A program made the position numbers and the translations under genes. A stretch of 63,326 nt of DNA, the filler included, from Gonapodya sp. JEL0774 (Eukaryota), in the NCBI GenBank assembly GCA_027604505.1. It is 22 parts of 22 records of this genome, joined end to end, with 100 filler letters (N's around TTAATTAATTAA, not from the genome) between each part and the next. Parts side by side here need not be neighbours in the genome. Positions count along the whole stretch, not along the records: positions 11,595 to 14,391 come from JADIIX010001678.1; positions 14,492 to 17,287 come from JADIIX010001679.1; positions 17,388 to 20,179 come from JADIIX010001680.1; positions 20,280 to 23,070 come from JADIIX010001681.1; positions 23,171 to 25,956 come from JADIIX010001682.1; 17 more parts are not named here. One strand, written 5' to 3'. The notes beneath the pieces are model-generated. The model was not told the origin of the DNA. It did no database searches and was given only the letters and a program-made list of their open reading frames with translations. Shown one piece after another: positions 12,966-24,444 of this stretch. Position 1 is the first letter of the stretch, and every line of letters starts with the position of its first letter.

Positions 12966-13928
12966 TCCTATGTCTGTAGCAATGTTCGCCTCCCTGTCGG
13001 CCCCCACTTCCCTCCGCCAGGCCGGACCGGGCCCCAGATCGAGATCACTGCTCCTCACGTCCTCAGCCGCCGAGACCAAAGTCACCTCACTTGGTCTGGC
13101 TTCCCTTTCCTATTCCTCAGACCCACGACCCACAGCAGATTCCCCCCTTCGTATTAATCTCTGAATATGGAGTCAAATCTCCAATCGTCCATCTGGTTCT
13201 CTCTCTCTCCCCTCTCACCCCAACTGACCCCCCTCCCGTCAGTCGTGTGGCGTGCGGGTCTGGTCCCGCCCAGTACGCTCATCTGTCTGACTTCACTCTT
13301 CACTTTTCACCGCACCCCCAGTCCCCATGATTGACGGACCTGGGTACCTGCCTCCCACTGTATCTATTGTCCTTGCTTTTGTTTTGTGTTTTTGTTTTGT
13401 TTTGCTGTGGCCGTGTACCGGTCCATGTGCACCTTCTTTCTGGTTCCAAATATAAATCGAGCACACACAACGCACGAATCCGCCCCATCATCCGTTCCCA
13501 AATCCCAACCCCAGGACACGTCACACGACCGCCCTTCCCTTTCCACGCCTGTACGCGGGGGATCATCGAATCGTGCCACAAGTAGACTCCACCACCCTGT
13601 ACAACCGACCCGCGACGAACAACGATCGTGATCTCTCCAACCTCAAACGAGTTATTTATGCATCACGTGGTCGATCGGTGGAGTCGGATCCGGGACGTTT
13701 TGAGGGGATGGAAAGCGTGGGCCGCTAGCGACCAAGGTCGTTTGAGTTTGTTCTTCCCAGTTCCATGGACTGACCTCAGGTCGAGTTGTCATGGGACTCT
13801 CAACAGTATGTAGGGAGCGAGTAAAAAAGCTGATCTATTCGTTTCCCAACTGAATACTAAGGATAGCCGGGCCGGGTACAAAGAACCCCCATCGACTGTC
13901 AAATTTCGTACATCACAATCTTCATCGA

Positions 13929-14391
13929 CTAAAAGTCGTCAATCGCTATGGATATTTCGTCCGTGATCCAAGTCGGGACCCACGGGAGCAAGTACTTGTA
14001 GAAATATGTGACCATGCCGACCAAGGCGTGGTGTTCGGGTTGGGCCTGCCGAGTGTAGGGGGCGAACAGATCAGAGACGTTCTTTCTTACCCACGCTTCG
14101 ATGGCCCTCTCACGACTCATCTGCAGTGTAGTGAGCCACAAGTCCACAACTCACCAACTCGATCTGATCGATGATCCGCGCCACAACGACTTCTGGCTCG
14201 ATGAGGTCACTATCGTCAAACTACGCGCATACGGGGTGGTGGTGGTGGTGGTGGCGGTGGTGAGCCATCATTCCCATACCTGTCGACGGTGGAGCTTCCG
14301 AGGCATGGACCGGACCGGCTCACCTTCATGTGCGCCGCGTTGATGCCCATCTTCCTCCTCACGGACTCCTCCCCACCGTACACATCGAGCA
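13929..14391 (-). CDS. 3' end of a multi-exon hypothetical gene (possibly an SDR-type C-terminus)
   Basis: Exons LDVYGGEESVRRKMGINAAHMK|FDDSDLIEPEVVVARIIDQIEL|MSRERAIEAW..YFYKYLLPWVPTWITDEISIAIDDF* joined by GTGAG..AG introns. Confidence 0.55.
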
Positions 14392-14491
14392 NNNNNNNNN
14401 NNNNNNNNNNNNNNNNNNNNNNNNNNNNNNNNNNNTTAATTAATTAANNNNNNNNNNNNNNNNNNNNNNNNNNNNNNNNNNNNNNNNNNNN

Positions 14492-17287
14492 CCGACGCCC
14501 GCTCCCCCCCCACCCAACGCACTCACCGCCTCCTCCCCTCCCCTCACCCCCCACGCCGCCGCCACCCCACCCGTCCCCATCCCCCTCGCCACGTTGGGCC
14601 CAGGCGCCCGCCCACGCATGCCCGTCACGGGGACGGCGGGGATGTTTATCGAATAGGATTTGCCGGACGTGGTGGACGAGGAGGGGGACGAGGTGCGCAA
14701 AGTGCGCGGGGCCTGGGCCGAGGGTGTGGACGGGGTTGGGACTGGGTTTGGCGACCGGCCGCGGGAAGAGGGCGATGTGTAGGACACGGGGACGAGTGGG
14801 GCGTCCGAGGGGGCGTCGAAGCGGGTGATGAGCGCCGAGACTTTGTTGGTGCGGAGGGGGCGGGAGGGAGAGGCGGGGGTGGAGGAGGTAGTCGGCGGGG
14901 TGAGGGGAAGCGAGGTGGAGGAGGTGGAAGACGACAGGGCAAGCGACGCGGCTGCCGAGTCGGCGGCAGCGGCGGCATCCGCGGCGGCTTTCGCCTCGGC
15001 GAGTTTCGCGGCGCGGAGTGCTCGCCCGGTGAGTTTGGGCTGGGACGCCTGTTCGCCGTCTGCTGCGGCGGCCGCGGCCGTCTCGCTCGACACGGTGTGT
15101 GGTGTGTTGCCGGTGGTGGTGGTGGTGGTCGAGTCCGCAACCGTGCCGCGGTCGGTGGCAGCGGCGGCGGCGCTCCCAGACACCCCGGCACCGGATCCGA
15201 CAAGTTCGGTAGCCGGTTGCGGCGCCACTTCCACGTCCGACGGTCCGGAAATGTCCCCCGTGGTAGTGCTGGCCGAGCCGGTGTCCTGCATCATTCGTCC
15301 GGCGTTTTCAACACCCGCCACCACCTCGTCCGTGCCGGTGCCCGTCGCCGTGTCCACCCCCGATACCGATCCCTCTTCTTTCCCACCACCACCACCACCG
15401 ACCGACACCTGCCCATCCCCAGTCTCCGCCACGGTCCCGGTCCCGGCTTCAATCTCTACCTCCAGTACCTCCACTCCACGCTCCCCACGCCCGAGATCCC
15501 CAGCTCCGTTTCCCCCCGTCTCTGCACCCCTCTCCACACGGGCCATGTCCGACAGGTGCACGGTCCCGTCACCGGCCCCGTCACCAACCACACCAACCGA
15601 TGGGAGACCGTGCTCGGCTTCAAATGGTTCTGCGGCGGCCGGAAGGGAGGGGAAGGCGGAGGCGGGGGTGGTGTCGTGCGGGTCGTGGTGCGCGACCACA
15701 CCATCCAAGTTCTCCCACCCCTCCCCGTTCCCCTCTCCACCACCCCCGCCGGCACTCGACAACGCCACCGCCAGCGCCGCCAAGTCGCGCAAGTCAGAGT
15801 GGATGTCCGGGGCCACGTCCGGGTCTCCTGCCAAATCCACGTCCACGGCCACCGCATCTCGCTCCGGCACGTCCACATCCACATCCACATCCACACCCTC
15901 AGCGGGTCCCCCATCCACAGATTCGGGGAGCGGGAGTTCGGGAACCGGGTACGGCGAGGGCGGCGGTGTCCGATCATCACCGTCGGCGTCGGCGTCCTCG
16001 CGTCCGGCTCGGTCCACGTGCAAGCGATCCTCCTCCACGCGCCCAGTCGGGTCACCCACACCCTCCCCATGCTGTCCGTCTGCCTCTTCACCACCACCAT
16101 ATGCGCCACCGTGTCCCGATCCCCGCTCGGCCACCGAGTTCTCTGCTGCGCTCCCCGCCGGTGATCCGGACAGCGTCAGGGAGAGCGGAAGCGATGGCAG
16201 CGGGGGAACGAGAGAGAGGGGGCGGGGTGGGGGGCGGTGGTGGAGGTAGAGCTGCGTGTGTGTGGGGGGTGGGGGAGGAATGGGGACGCACGGGTCCGGT
16301 GAGGAGATCGGGGACACTCAAAAACACGCAAACACACAACCCCAACAGGGAATACCAAAACTCGTGCGATTGTGGTGGGGTCATATGCGACTCAAAGTAT
16401 CCTCTACCATGCACCGTACTCACGCTTTCCCGCCGGGGTAGTTCGGCCCGGTCCAGCACAGTGGAGGCACCTCCGATCACATTTCCCTCCACGGCCCCTT
16501 CAAAAGTCGACGTGGGCCTGCCAGTGCCAGTGCCAGGTCCGGGGCTCGAGTGGCGGATACTGGCCGTGCGGTGGGGGAGGGGGAATGGGGTGGTGGGGAG
16601 GGCGAGGTGGAACGGCGCTGGATCCGATGTCGCCGTCGTCGGTACTGGCGCCACTGTGTCGGAAGAGGCGGAGGCAGACGCGGCGGCAGCGGCAGAGATG
16701 CGCCACCGGGCGTGTTGGAGAGCGTCGACGCTACGGTCCCGCCCGCGGTCGCGGTCGCGGTGGTGCTCACGGTGGTGGTCACGATCGTCGGGGTCTCGGA
16801 CAGTGGGACGACGGTGCCGGTCGGGCGGGGCGTCTTGGAGGGGGAGGTCGTACTCTGGTGTGGGTGTGGGTGTGGGTGCGGGGGCGGTGGTGGGCGTGAC
16901 GGTGGTTGTGTCCGACCCGCCCGCGGTGGTGGTCTCGGCGGCTGGTGCAGCGGGTGGCGCCGGTGCCGGTGCTGGTGCTGGAGCGGGTGCGGGAGCGGGT
17001 GCGGGAGCGGGTGCGGGTGCGGCGGGGTACAACAGCCCCGCGTCCCAGGGCGTGGGACTCACGGCCATGCGGAGCGGGGTGTAAGGACGGGATCGGAGGG
17101 ACATGCTGGATCCAGCGCGGCGGGGTGGGTGGGGGCCCTGGGCGGCTGACGGGGGTGCGGCGGCCCCGGCCGCGTCGACTCTGAAGCGGGAGAACTCGTC
17201 CAGGACCGAAGGGCCGTCGAGGTCTGCGTAGTCCTGGGGTGAGGAGTCGAGGAAGGACGAGGCGGATGAGGAGGCTGACGAGGGGGC
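14492..17287 (-). CDS. GC-rich low-complexity (Ala/Pro/Gly/Thr/Ser) protein, truncated at both ends
   Basis: Two long minus-strand frames (about 17287-16350 and 16250-14492) separated by a probable intron; homopolymeric and dipeptide runs. Confidence 0.6.
16955..17022. repeat. Hexanucleotide tandem repeat (GGWGCS/GGTGCT) encoding (Pro-Ala)n on the minus strand
   Basis: ggtgccggtgctggtgctggagcgggtgcgggagcgggtgcg visible directly. Confidence 0.85.
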
Positions 17288-18479
17288 NNNNNNNNNNNNN
17301 NNNNNNNNNNNNNNNNNNNNNNNNNNNNNNNTTAATTAATTAANNNNNNNNNNNNNNNNNNNNNNNNNNNNNNNNNNNNNNNNNNNNAATCATGATTTGG
17401 ATTGAGTGGAAGACAGAATATCCATGCGAGCGAACAGCGAGTAATGATGGCGAAGGACCGATGACGGCGTTGAAGATTTGTCTCAGTGAAAGAAAAATTT
17501 CGTTGTCCGAGGGGAATGTGCAGTGTTCACCTGGTCAAAGGTACCGCCGTCCAAACCCCTGACCCAACTTCCATGTTTTCCGCTTTCTCGAGCTCCAAGA
17601 CCTTCGAGTCACGTTTCGCCAACTTCCATCAAGCTGTGGGAGGCTGTCTGGTGAGGATTGAGGCCTTTTCGTCGTCTCTATATCTCCGCAGTCGGTCCCA
17701 TTGACTTTGGCCTGCTTTCCGGAAACTTCTGAAGGTCACCGTGAAATTGCCTAGCTGAGAATCCCTCCCTGAAAATCATGCCCTTGGGTATTCGTATCTG
17801 GCTCACGCCAGTCCTCAGGGCATGAGGGACTGGGCTATTGGGACCGGAACCTGAAGGTTGAGGTTACAGAGACGACGATGCATCCGGCGTTTTGCGGTGA
17901 CTGGACGGCGGGCGTGTAGGCTTCCAGGTATACTACCAGGAGTGAGTGTCCACTCTTTTTTTTCCCCGTCCTCTTTGTGGTGGCACCTCGCTCCGTTTGA
18001 CAACCATACATCGTGACTTCTTCTCCCTTGTCCTCACGTCGTTCTGTAGTCAAGATCTCCATGTATGCTTTAGTAGCTTACCCCAATCACGCCGCCGGGG
18101 GTACTCCTCGGGCGAACGGCGTGATTGGAGTTTGTATTAAAGGCTCCCGCACAACCTCTCCCTATTCAGTCTGTTTCTTGTCTCTATGTGTACGTCTTTG
18201 TGAGAAGCCCCTGTGGGTCGGTAGGTTCTCGGTTCGGGTGGGTCGCAGTGCTGTGTTCTTGCTTTCGGTAAATAATAGGCAACTAGTAGTTCGTGGGATT
18301 ACCGAGCTCCGACTACGTATCCACTTGTATGGAGATCTTGCCAAGAGTACAAATACATAACGCAGATGCAATGAAAGGGTCTGCACGCGTGAACATCATT
18401 GAACGGGAGAAAACTAACCAGCCCACTTCCGAGCCTCCGTCCTTGTCCATAAGGTGCGTGTCAATCATTCTCCCATCCC

Positions 18480-20179
18480 CGTGACTCAGTGTGCTGATGC
18501 TCGGACCTTCCTCGCCGTCCCATTCCTCAAAAAGTCACTCTCCGCTGCGCCGCCTTCAAAATGACACACTTCACCTTGGTATACCCCTCCGTGGCAGCAA
18601 CGAATCCCTTCACCATCAAGAGCATGTTGTTCCTGCCGGTGCTTGCGTGGAGGAGGCGCAGAGAAACTCGGACTGAACCGACGGGAACCACCCATCCAGG
18701 CACCAAAGTTCACACCGATTGCCACTCCCAACCGATTTGCCAAAGGTGATGAAGTCCAACATGGTGTTAGAAAGTGATGTGGTGCCACCGGGGAGAAGGG
18801 ATTGATCTTCCGTGCATCATCGCCGAGGTTTCTGAGCGTAGCGGGCTCGGGACGGCTCACCAATATGAGGTTGAAGAAGAAGAGCCAATGGAGATTGGGG
18901 ACCGCAGACTTGAGGTCAGGCTTGAACTATGCAGAGAATTTTTGCCACGTTGGAACCAATGTCAATTGTCTGAATATGATGGCGTTACATAATTGAACAA
19001 GTCCAAACTTACCAACCTCCGGAACTCCTTCTTGTCTGTAATTAGCTTTCCAATTTTGCTCCTCACCACGATGAATAAGAACGGTACTCGCATCTTCCTT
19101 GCAGTCACATAAAACTTCTCGCTCAATCACTGAATCGTTCAAACCAGAAACCTCCCTTTGCTTTATGCTTCCGTCAAATTGGCATATGCGGTAGCCATCC
19201 TGTCTATTGACAACCGAACGTACTGTACCTACTGGTATCTCACACGCAACACCTGCACAAACGACATCAGATGCACCTTCGACAAGTAAACCCACCCACG
19301 GTGAGCCAATGTCCCTGGCAGATCGGCGATAGTTTCGCATCGCGAAATAGATACCAGCTCGAATAGATACCAGCCCTTCACTCTAGAGCAGGTGGACATT
19401 TCGGATCGATGGCGGTTGCTGAACCGAATAGTCGCGGAGTCTGGTGCAGGAGCACAGGATAGATCAGAAACGGGGTTCAAAGGCGCCAAAGTTGCTGCCA
19501 GACTCCGAACTTACGTTTTAGAGACTTCCCGATTGGTGGTAAACCTGTCCGAGTCCTACATGCACGAGGGGCTCTGACGGCTGGATGTGGAGTGCCCCGG
19601 CAGAATAGCGTCTGCCACGTTCAATTAAAATTCGTTGTTCGTTTCGTTGCCTTCGTGTTCTCTTCATTCGCCAGCCTGGGGGGTCCGCACTTCTGCAATC
19701 TGCGCCTCGCGCAGGGAGTAAATCGATTCAACTCGCAGCACGTACGCGCGGGGGTCGTTGGGATCCAGGCGGATAGCTTGGTCGAGGTACCCGAAGACTG
19801 TTCGTGGTTGCAGAAATCGGGACGCGAATGGAGGATGGCGAGATCGCTGTACGGCGCGGGGGGGGTTGGTGCCACGCGTATCACTTTGATCAGCATGTCT
19901 GGTGGTGGTGCCGCAAGTTTGAGGAGCTTCTCCAGCTCAAACCAACATTACCCACCTTCTTCGAAATCCACCATGGCACCTCCAAAGACTCCTCTCCCAA
20001 CTTCACGTAGCACGTCCCCAATCAAACCACTCGTCAGCATTTTCCACCGAATCGTCCAACACGACAGAAACGCTCGGGTCTGCGAATGCCCGACAGACGT
20101 TGGAAGCGGGAAACAAGTAGCTTCGAAGGAACCAGAGTGAGGAAATTGAGGGGCGAGGTGAATGGCGATGGAGATTTCC
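18480..20179 (-). pseudogene. Degraded TPR-repeat protein gene
   Basis: TPR-like fragments in shifting frames: AIHLAPQFP/LWFLRSYL, ENADEWFD/GTCYVKLGE/FGGAMVDFEE, PYSDLAILH, FGYLDQAIRLDPNDPRAYVLR, LVHVGLGQVYHQSG*, AIDPKCP, LAHRGWVYLSK; frameshifts not explained by introns. Confidence 0.6.
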
Positions 20180-20279
20180 NNNNNNNNNNNNNNNNNNNNN
20201 NNNNNNNNNNNNNNNNNNNNNNNTTAATTAATTAANNNNNNNNNNNNNNNNNNNNNNNNNNNNNNNNNNNNNNNNNNNN

Positions 20280-20740
20280 GTGTGAGACTGCGATGGGCTA
20301 GCTCGATGCGCAAACTGTTGGGCTGGGAACGGGATGGTGACTCTATGTCTGTTGAGGTTTTTACTGTCCGAGAATCGATAGCAACAAGTTCCGAAACCTC
20401 CTCTGCAAACAAACGGAGCACAACACTGAATGGCTATATCGTGAGTCTGCCAAGGTGACAATATTGCCGACGCACCTGCTGAAGTTGGCGAGGTCATGCC
20501 CGTTTCAGCAAGTTCGAGGGTGATGGGCCCTTTATATTCCAGCATCTGCTTGAAGCTGTCTTCATCGTCAATATTCAACTGTTCCCCGTCCTCCTTTTGC
20601 CACCGCAGTCTGAAAATCGATCCACCACGCAATTGGACAATGTGCGCCTGTAGTTGAGTAAAAGAGGACGGAAGGGCCTCGCCGTCCGCAAATGAAAGAA
20701 TGTGGGGGCTGTCGGAGAGATCTGATGGTGGAATCGCCAT
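20280..20740 (-). CDS. Protein with N-terminal PB1-like domain, 3' truncated
   Basis: SFTQLQAHIVQLRGGSIFRLRWQKEDGEQLNIDDEDSFKQML resembles the PB1 OPCA motif (L-x-Y/W-x-D-E-D-G-D/E-x-I-x-I-x-x-D-E-D). Confidence 0.6.
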
Positions 20741-21423
20741 CAATGAGCATTTGAGTTTGGGTTGGTGAACTTGTCTTGGCTTCGATGATCACGGCAAGGG
20801 CAACCGCGTTATTTTCATGCCTTAAAGAAAAACGCTCTTGAACTGACATTCGACCCAATTATGCAATGCACTATTGAAACTTTCACTGAACTATATATTT
20901 TCGTTGCATTTAGTTCTTCGGGTGGCACAAGTTCTTGTTCCAGTCCAGGACTTGTCAACTATTGTGGCAATCTGTAAGTAATAAGTTGCTCTCAAGGCCA
21001 GACGATTTGCTTATATGATGGTCTCGCGAGGGAGAGGGTCTATAGGAAAGGGTTGCACCAGTAAAGCTAGTGGTGTCCGGTGACCAGTAATCGGTCGTTA
21101 CCCGGTACGTGCTCTCATCGCACCTGTCATTCACCACAGCGAGGCAACATTGATGCAATCCAAATGATATGGACTCATCCTCAAATTCATGTGAGAATAT
21201 GCTGTTGCTGTGTAAGAAGACGGTGTGGGCCGGCCCGAGCGCCGGTAAATATGATGATAAAATCTCCCTCCAAATAATCCACTCCAAATAAAGATAATCG
21301 CCAAAGTCGGTTCGTTCTCCATTACAAATTGATAAACATTTATGTAACTGCTTGCTTTGGTCAACCGAAATCGAACAAAGTGTCGGCAGAAACCAACCGA
21401 ACCAAACCAAAGTCACATCCGAA

Positions 21424-22545
21424 ATGACCGTCGGCTCGCACCTTTCTGCCTCCATCCGCGTTCTTGCTGCCATCCCCGCAAAGGCGGGATCCGAGGACAA
21501 ACTCATCGCCGGCTTGAAGGAGTTGGTAGAGGTTTCCAACACCCAGGATGGTGTTCTTGAGTACCAACTCGCGCAGGACACGAAAGATTCCACGAAATTC
21601 TGGATGATTGAGAGCGTCAGTAGAATTTGTTCTCTTTGCTTTAATCTCTCTGTAATTTGACGTTCGTTTGGAATGTGTCCCGACGTTTTTTCCCACTTTA
21701 TTTTGGCACGGAGAACAGTACAAAGACCAAGCGTCACTCGGTGAGCACAAGTGCGTTTGCGGTGTATTTGCTGTTTAGTCTGATGGCCACCTACAAAGAT
21801 GCCCACATGGCTTCGGATGTCTTCAAGAATGCTGGTCCAGCCCTCGCTGAAGTTCTAGGTGGTGAACTTGGCCTCAACTGGCTCACACCTGTTCAGTTAG
21901 TTTCTTTGTGGTAATGGTCTATGTTTGGTTTTCCGTTTTAATCAGTGGCCCTCGACAACTCGAAAGGTTCGAGAACCCCTCCGTTCCCGCGAGCCAAGTT
22001 CCACACACGAGTGGTGGCCTCCGTGTCGCTGCTCTTCTCGTCACGAAGCCTGGAAAGGAAGAAGATTTCAAGAAAGCTGTCGTTCCTCTCATCAAGGGAA
22101 CGCACGCTGAGCCTGGTCAGTCCAACCCAATATCTCTGTTACGGTTGCCCCTGAATCAAAATCACCACAATCGCAGGCTGCTTGGAGTACCACCTGACAC
22201 AGGATAAGCAAGATTCCACCAAATTTTGGATGATCGAGACTGTAAGTGCTTTGTCGTTTCTCTGTTCTGCATTAGGAACCCATCAATCACTTCTAATCTG
22301 AAATCTATCCCGATAAATTTATCAGTACGTGGACGGAGAGGCCTTCGGTAAGATTAGCAATCCTTTTTCTCAGTTACTGACAGCCAAGGCCTCATTTATA
22401 ACCTTCTATAACTCCCCCGTGGCTCGCAATTTATGACACAGCCGCCCACGCTTCTTCGGAGCACTTCAAAGCCGCCGGACCAACTTTTGCTGACTTGTTG
22501 GCTGCTCCCCTCGAGGTTCACATTCTCAAACCTGTCGTATATTAG
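21424..22545 (+). CDS. Tandem two-domain ABM (antibiotic biosynthesis monooxygenase / YgiN-like quinol monooxygenase) protein, complete, 7 exons
   Basis: Domain 1 AKAGSEDKLIAGLKELVEVSNTQDGVLEYQLAQDTKDSTKFWMIESYKDQASLDAHMASDVFK; domain 2 TKPGKEEDFKKAVVPLIKGTHAEPGCLEYHLTQDKQDSTKFWMIETYVDGEAFAAHASSEHFK; stop at 22543-22545. Confidence 0.88.
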
Positions 22546-22842
22546 ATTTTTGGATCTCTGATCTGAAAAGCTTCCGAGATAATCGGGAGCTGCGGCTAAA
22601 GTCTTTGTTAGTCGGGCCAAAAATGGAAATGTTGAATATACTTTCTATTATTACATGTTGATCATATTGTAGTGGCTGACGTCCAAGTTTCCATGCGTAT
22701 TACGAAACTCGGTCCAGACCGTGATAGAAATAATACATACAGCACGGTGTATTGAACAACGCATGGGTCCATCCTTGTGAATCTCTCGGTAGTAGTACGA
22801 GAACATTTGGTGTAATAGATTGAAGGATGAAGACGATTTGTG

Positions 22843-23031
22843 TCAAACAGGTGCCAGCATATATCCCAATGTACCAATTGTCGCAAACAATGAAGACACA
22901 ATGCCAGCAACAAGTACTGTCCATGCCATAATTAGTTCCCCTTTCGTGATCGCAGAGGGCAGGGCAGCACCTCGGCTGAAGAGCGAAATGAAGCAAGCAC
23001 TCGGAACGATAATATCCGTAATGCCTGTGAT
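22843..23031 (-). CDS. Last exon of a polytopic membrane protein, probably an amino-acid transporter (Aa_trans/AVT-like)
   Basis: Hand translation ITGITDIIVPSACFISLFSRG..ELIMAWTVLVAGIVSSLFATIGTL..* gives two hydrophobic helices with an I-x-P-x-x-C-F pattern. Confidence 0.5.
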   Translation of the reverse strand: MTGITDIIVPSACFISLFSRGAALPSAITKGELIMAWTVLVAGIVSSLFATIGTLGYMLAPV

Positions 23032-23170
23032 CTATGGAGAAATATGGAACAATGAGGTCGTTCGAATAGCNNNNNNNNNNNNNNNNNNNNNNNNNNNNNN
23101 NNNNNNNNNNNNNNTTAATTAATTAANNNNNNNNNNNNNNNNNNNNNNNNNNNNNNNNNNNNNNNNNNNN

Positions 23171-24279
23171 TAGTTTACACGCACCTTGATGTCATCGAGC
23201 GAGCGTTCTTTGACTTCGTAGCCGTCCGGCAGCACATATATGCGGAGAGTCAGGAGGTTGATAAACACGTGATGACTGAGGTGAACCGAATGGAGGTATG
23301 CGTGCGACGAGGGGCCTCGGCCTGACGGGCGATTGACACGAGGGATGTATGCTTTCAGAGTTCGATAGGATGATGTGAACGGGCTGCATAATGCACGTAC
23401 CTTGGAAGTACTTTCCACACACGAGACATGCGTATACATTGAGGTTCGAGAGCGATACGGAACATAGCTTTTCGAAGTCGAAGTCCAGCATATGACGGTT
23501 GACCTGAAGTCCAGGGAATCGTGGCGTGCGGTGTGAGTCACAGTCCGGCGGAGGAATTTAAATTACCTCGAGTAGAGACGTTTCGAAGGACAAACCATCT
23601 CCATCCGTCAGGGCGACCCGGCCGCCCGGCGCTTAACATGCCATCCACTCTACAAACCGTGTACTCACCGTATCCAGGTACAATTCACTGACCAAGGGAT
23701 CCACCACGGCGGAACGTGCCCGTTTACGTTTCAAACCTTCACCTTGAACCCCTTCATTTTCATCCTCATTGCTCGAGTCCCCGTCGATTCCGTCCACGTC
23801 GCCAGTTGTTTCATTCTTTATCTCTGTCTTAACACCGTTCTCATTGTTGACATTAGTTGCGGGAGGTTCTGGATTCAGGGAGAAGTCCACAGATATTACC
23901 AACAGAGTCCATGTCAAGATGTTCTTATAAAACATTGAACACTGACTCGCTCAGTCACATCTGCACCTCCACAACGCACCTTGAGGATCTGGGTGGTTGC
24001 TGTCGGGCTCGGGTACAAGGGGTTTGTCAGGTTCGGGTTCTGATGCAATGAAGAGGAGTACGGCATCAGAGAGCAGTCAGCAAACCAAGATTGCGTTGCA
24101 CTTATGTCATGTTCGCGCATCGCCGTAGGGAACAGACTGTCACCTTGCAGTGAGTGAGTGGCAGTTGCAGTTGCCGACTCTTCCGGGACAGCATTCTCGT
24201 CAGTCTCAACTGTTTTCCGCTTCTTAACTGCTTGCGTCGACACTGTTGCTGCTTTCGAACTTTTGGCGCGGGGTGGCAT
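23171..24279 (-). CDS. SAD1: U4/U6.U5 tri-snRNP protein Sad1/USP39, N-terminal part, 3' truncated
   Basis: LYLDT..LDFDFEKLCSVSLSNLNVYACLVCGKYFQG|RGPSSHAYLHS..HHVFINL..YVLPDGYEV...SLDDIK (diagnostic ZnF-UBP). Confidence 0.96.
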
Positions 24280-24444
24280 CGAAGTTTCGTGGGTGGTATG
24301 TAATCGTGGGAACTCGAAGTTTCCCTTGTTCCACTCACACAATATCGTATGCGACGAAAAGGAACTCCTTGGAAGAGTATTGCATGAACTATGGACTATA
24401 ATTTAGTACTTCACACCATCAAAGCAGACTACAACCAAACGCTT

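Noticed and set aside
14825..17149. Long + strand ORFs (474, 355, 494, 199 aa) overlapping the minus-strand gene
   Set aside because: Expected shadow ORFs in very GC-rich, stop-poor low-complexity sequence
20955..21806. 283-aa minus-strand ORF
   Set aside because: Antisense to the well-supported ABM gene and has no recognisable motifs
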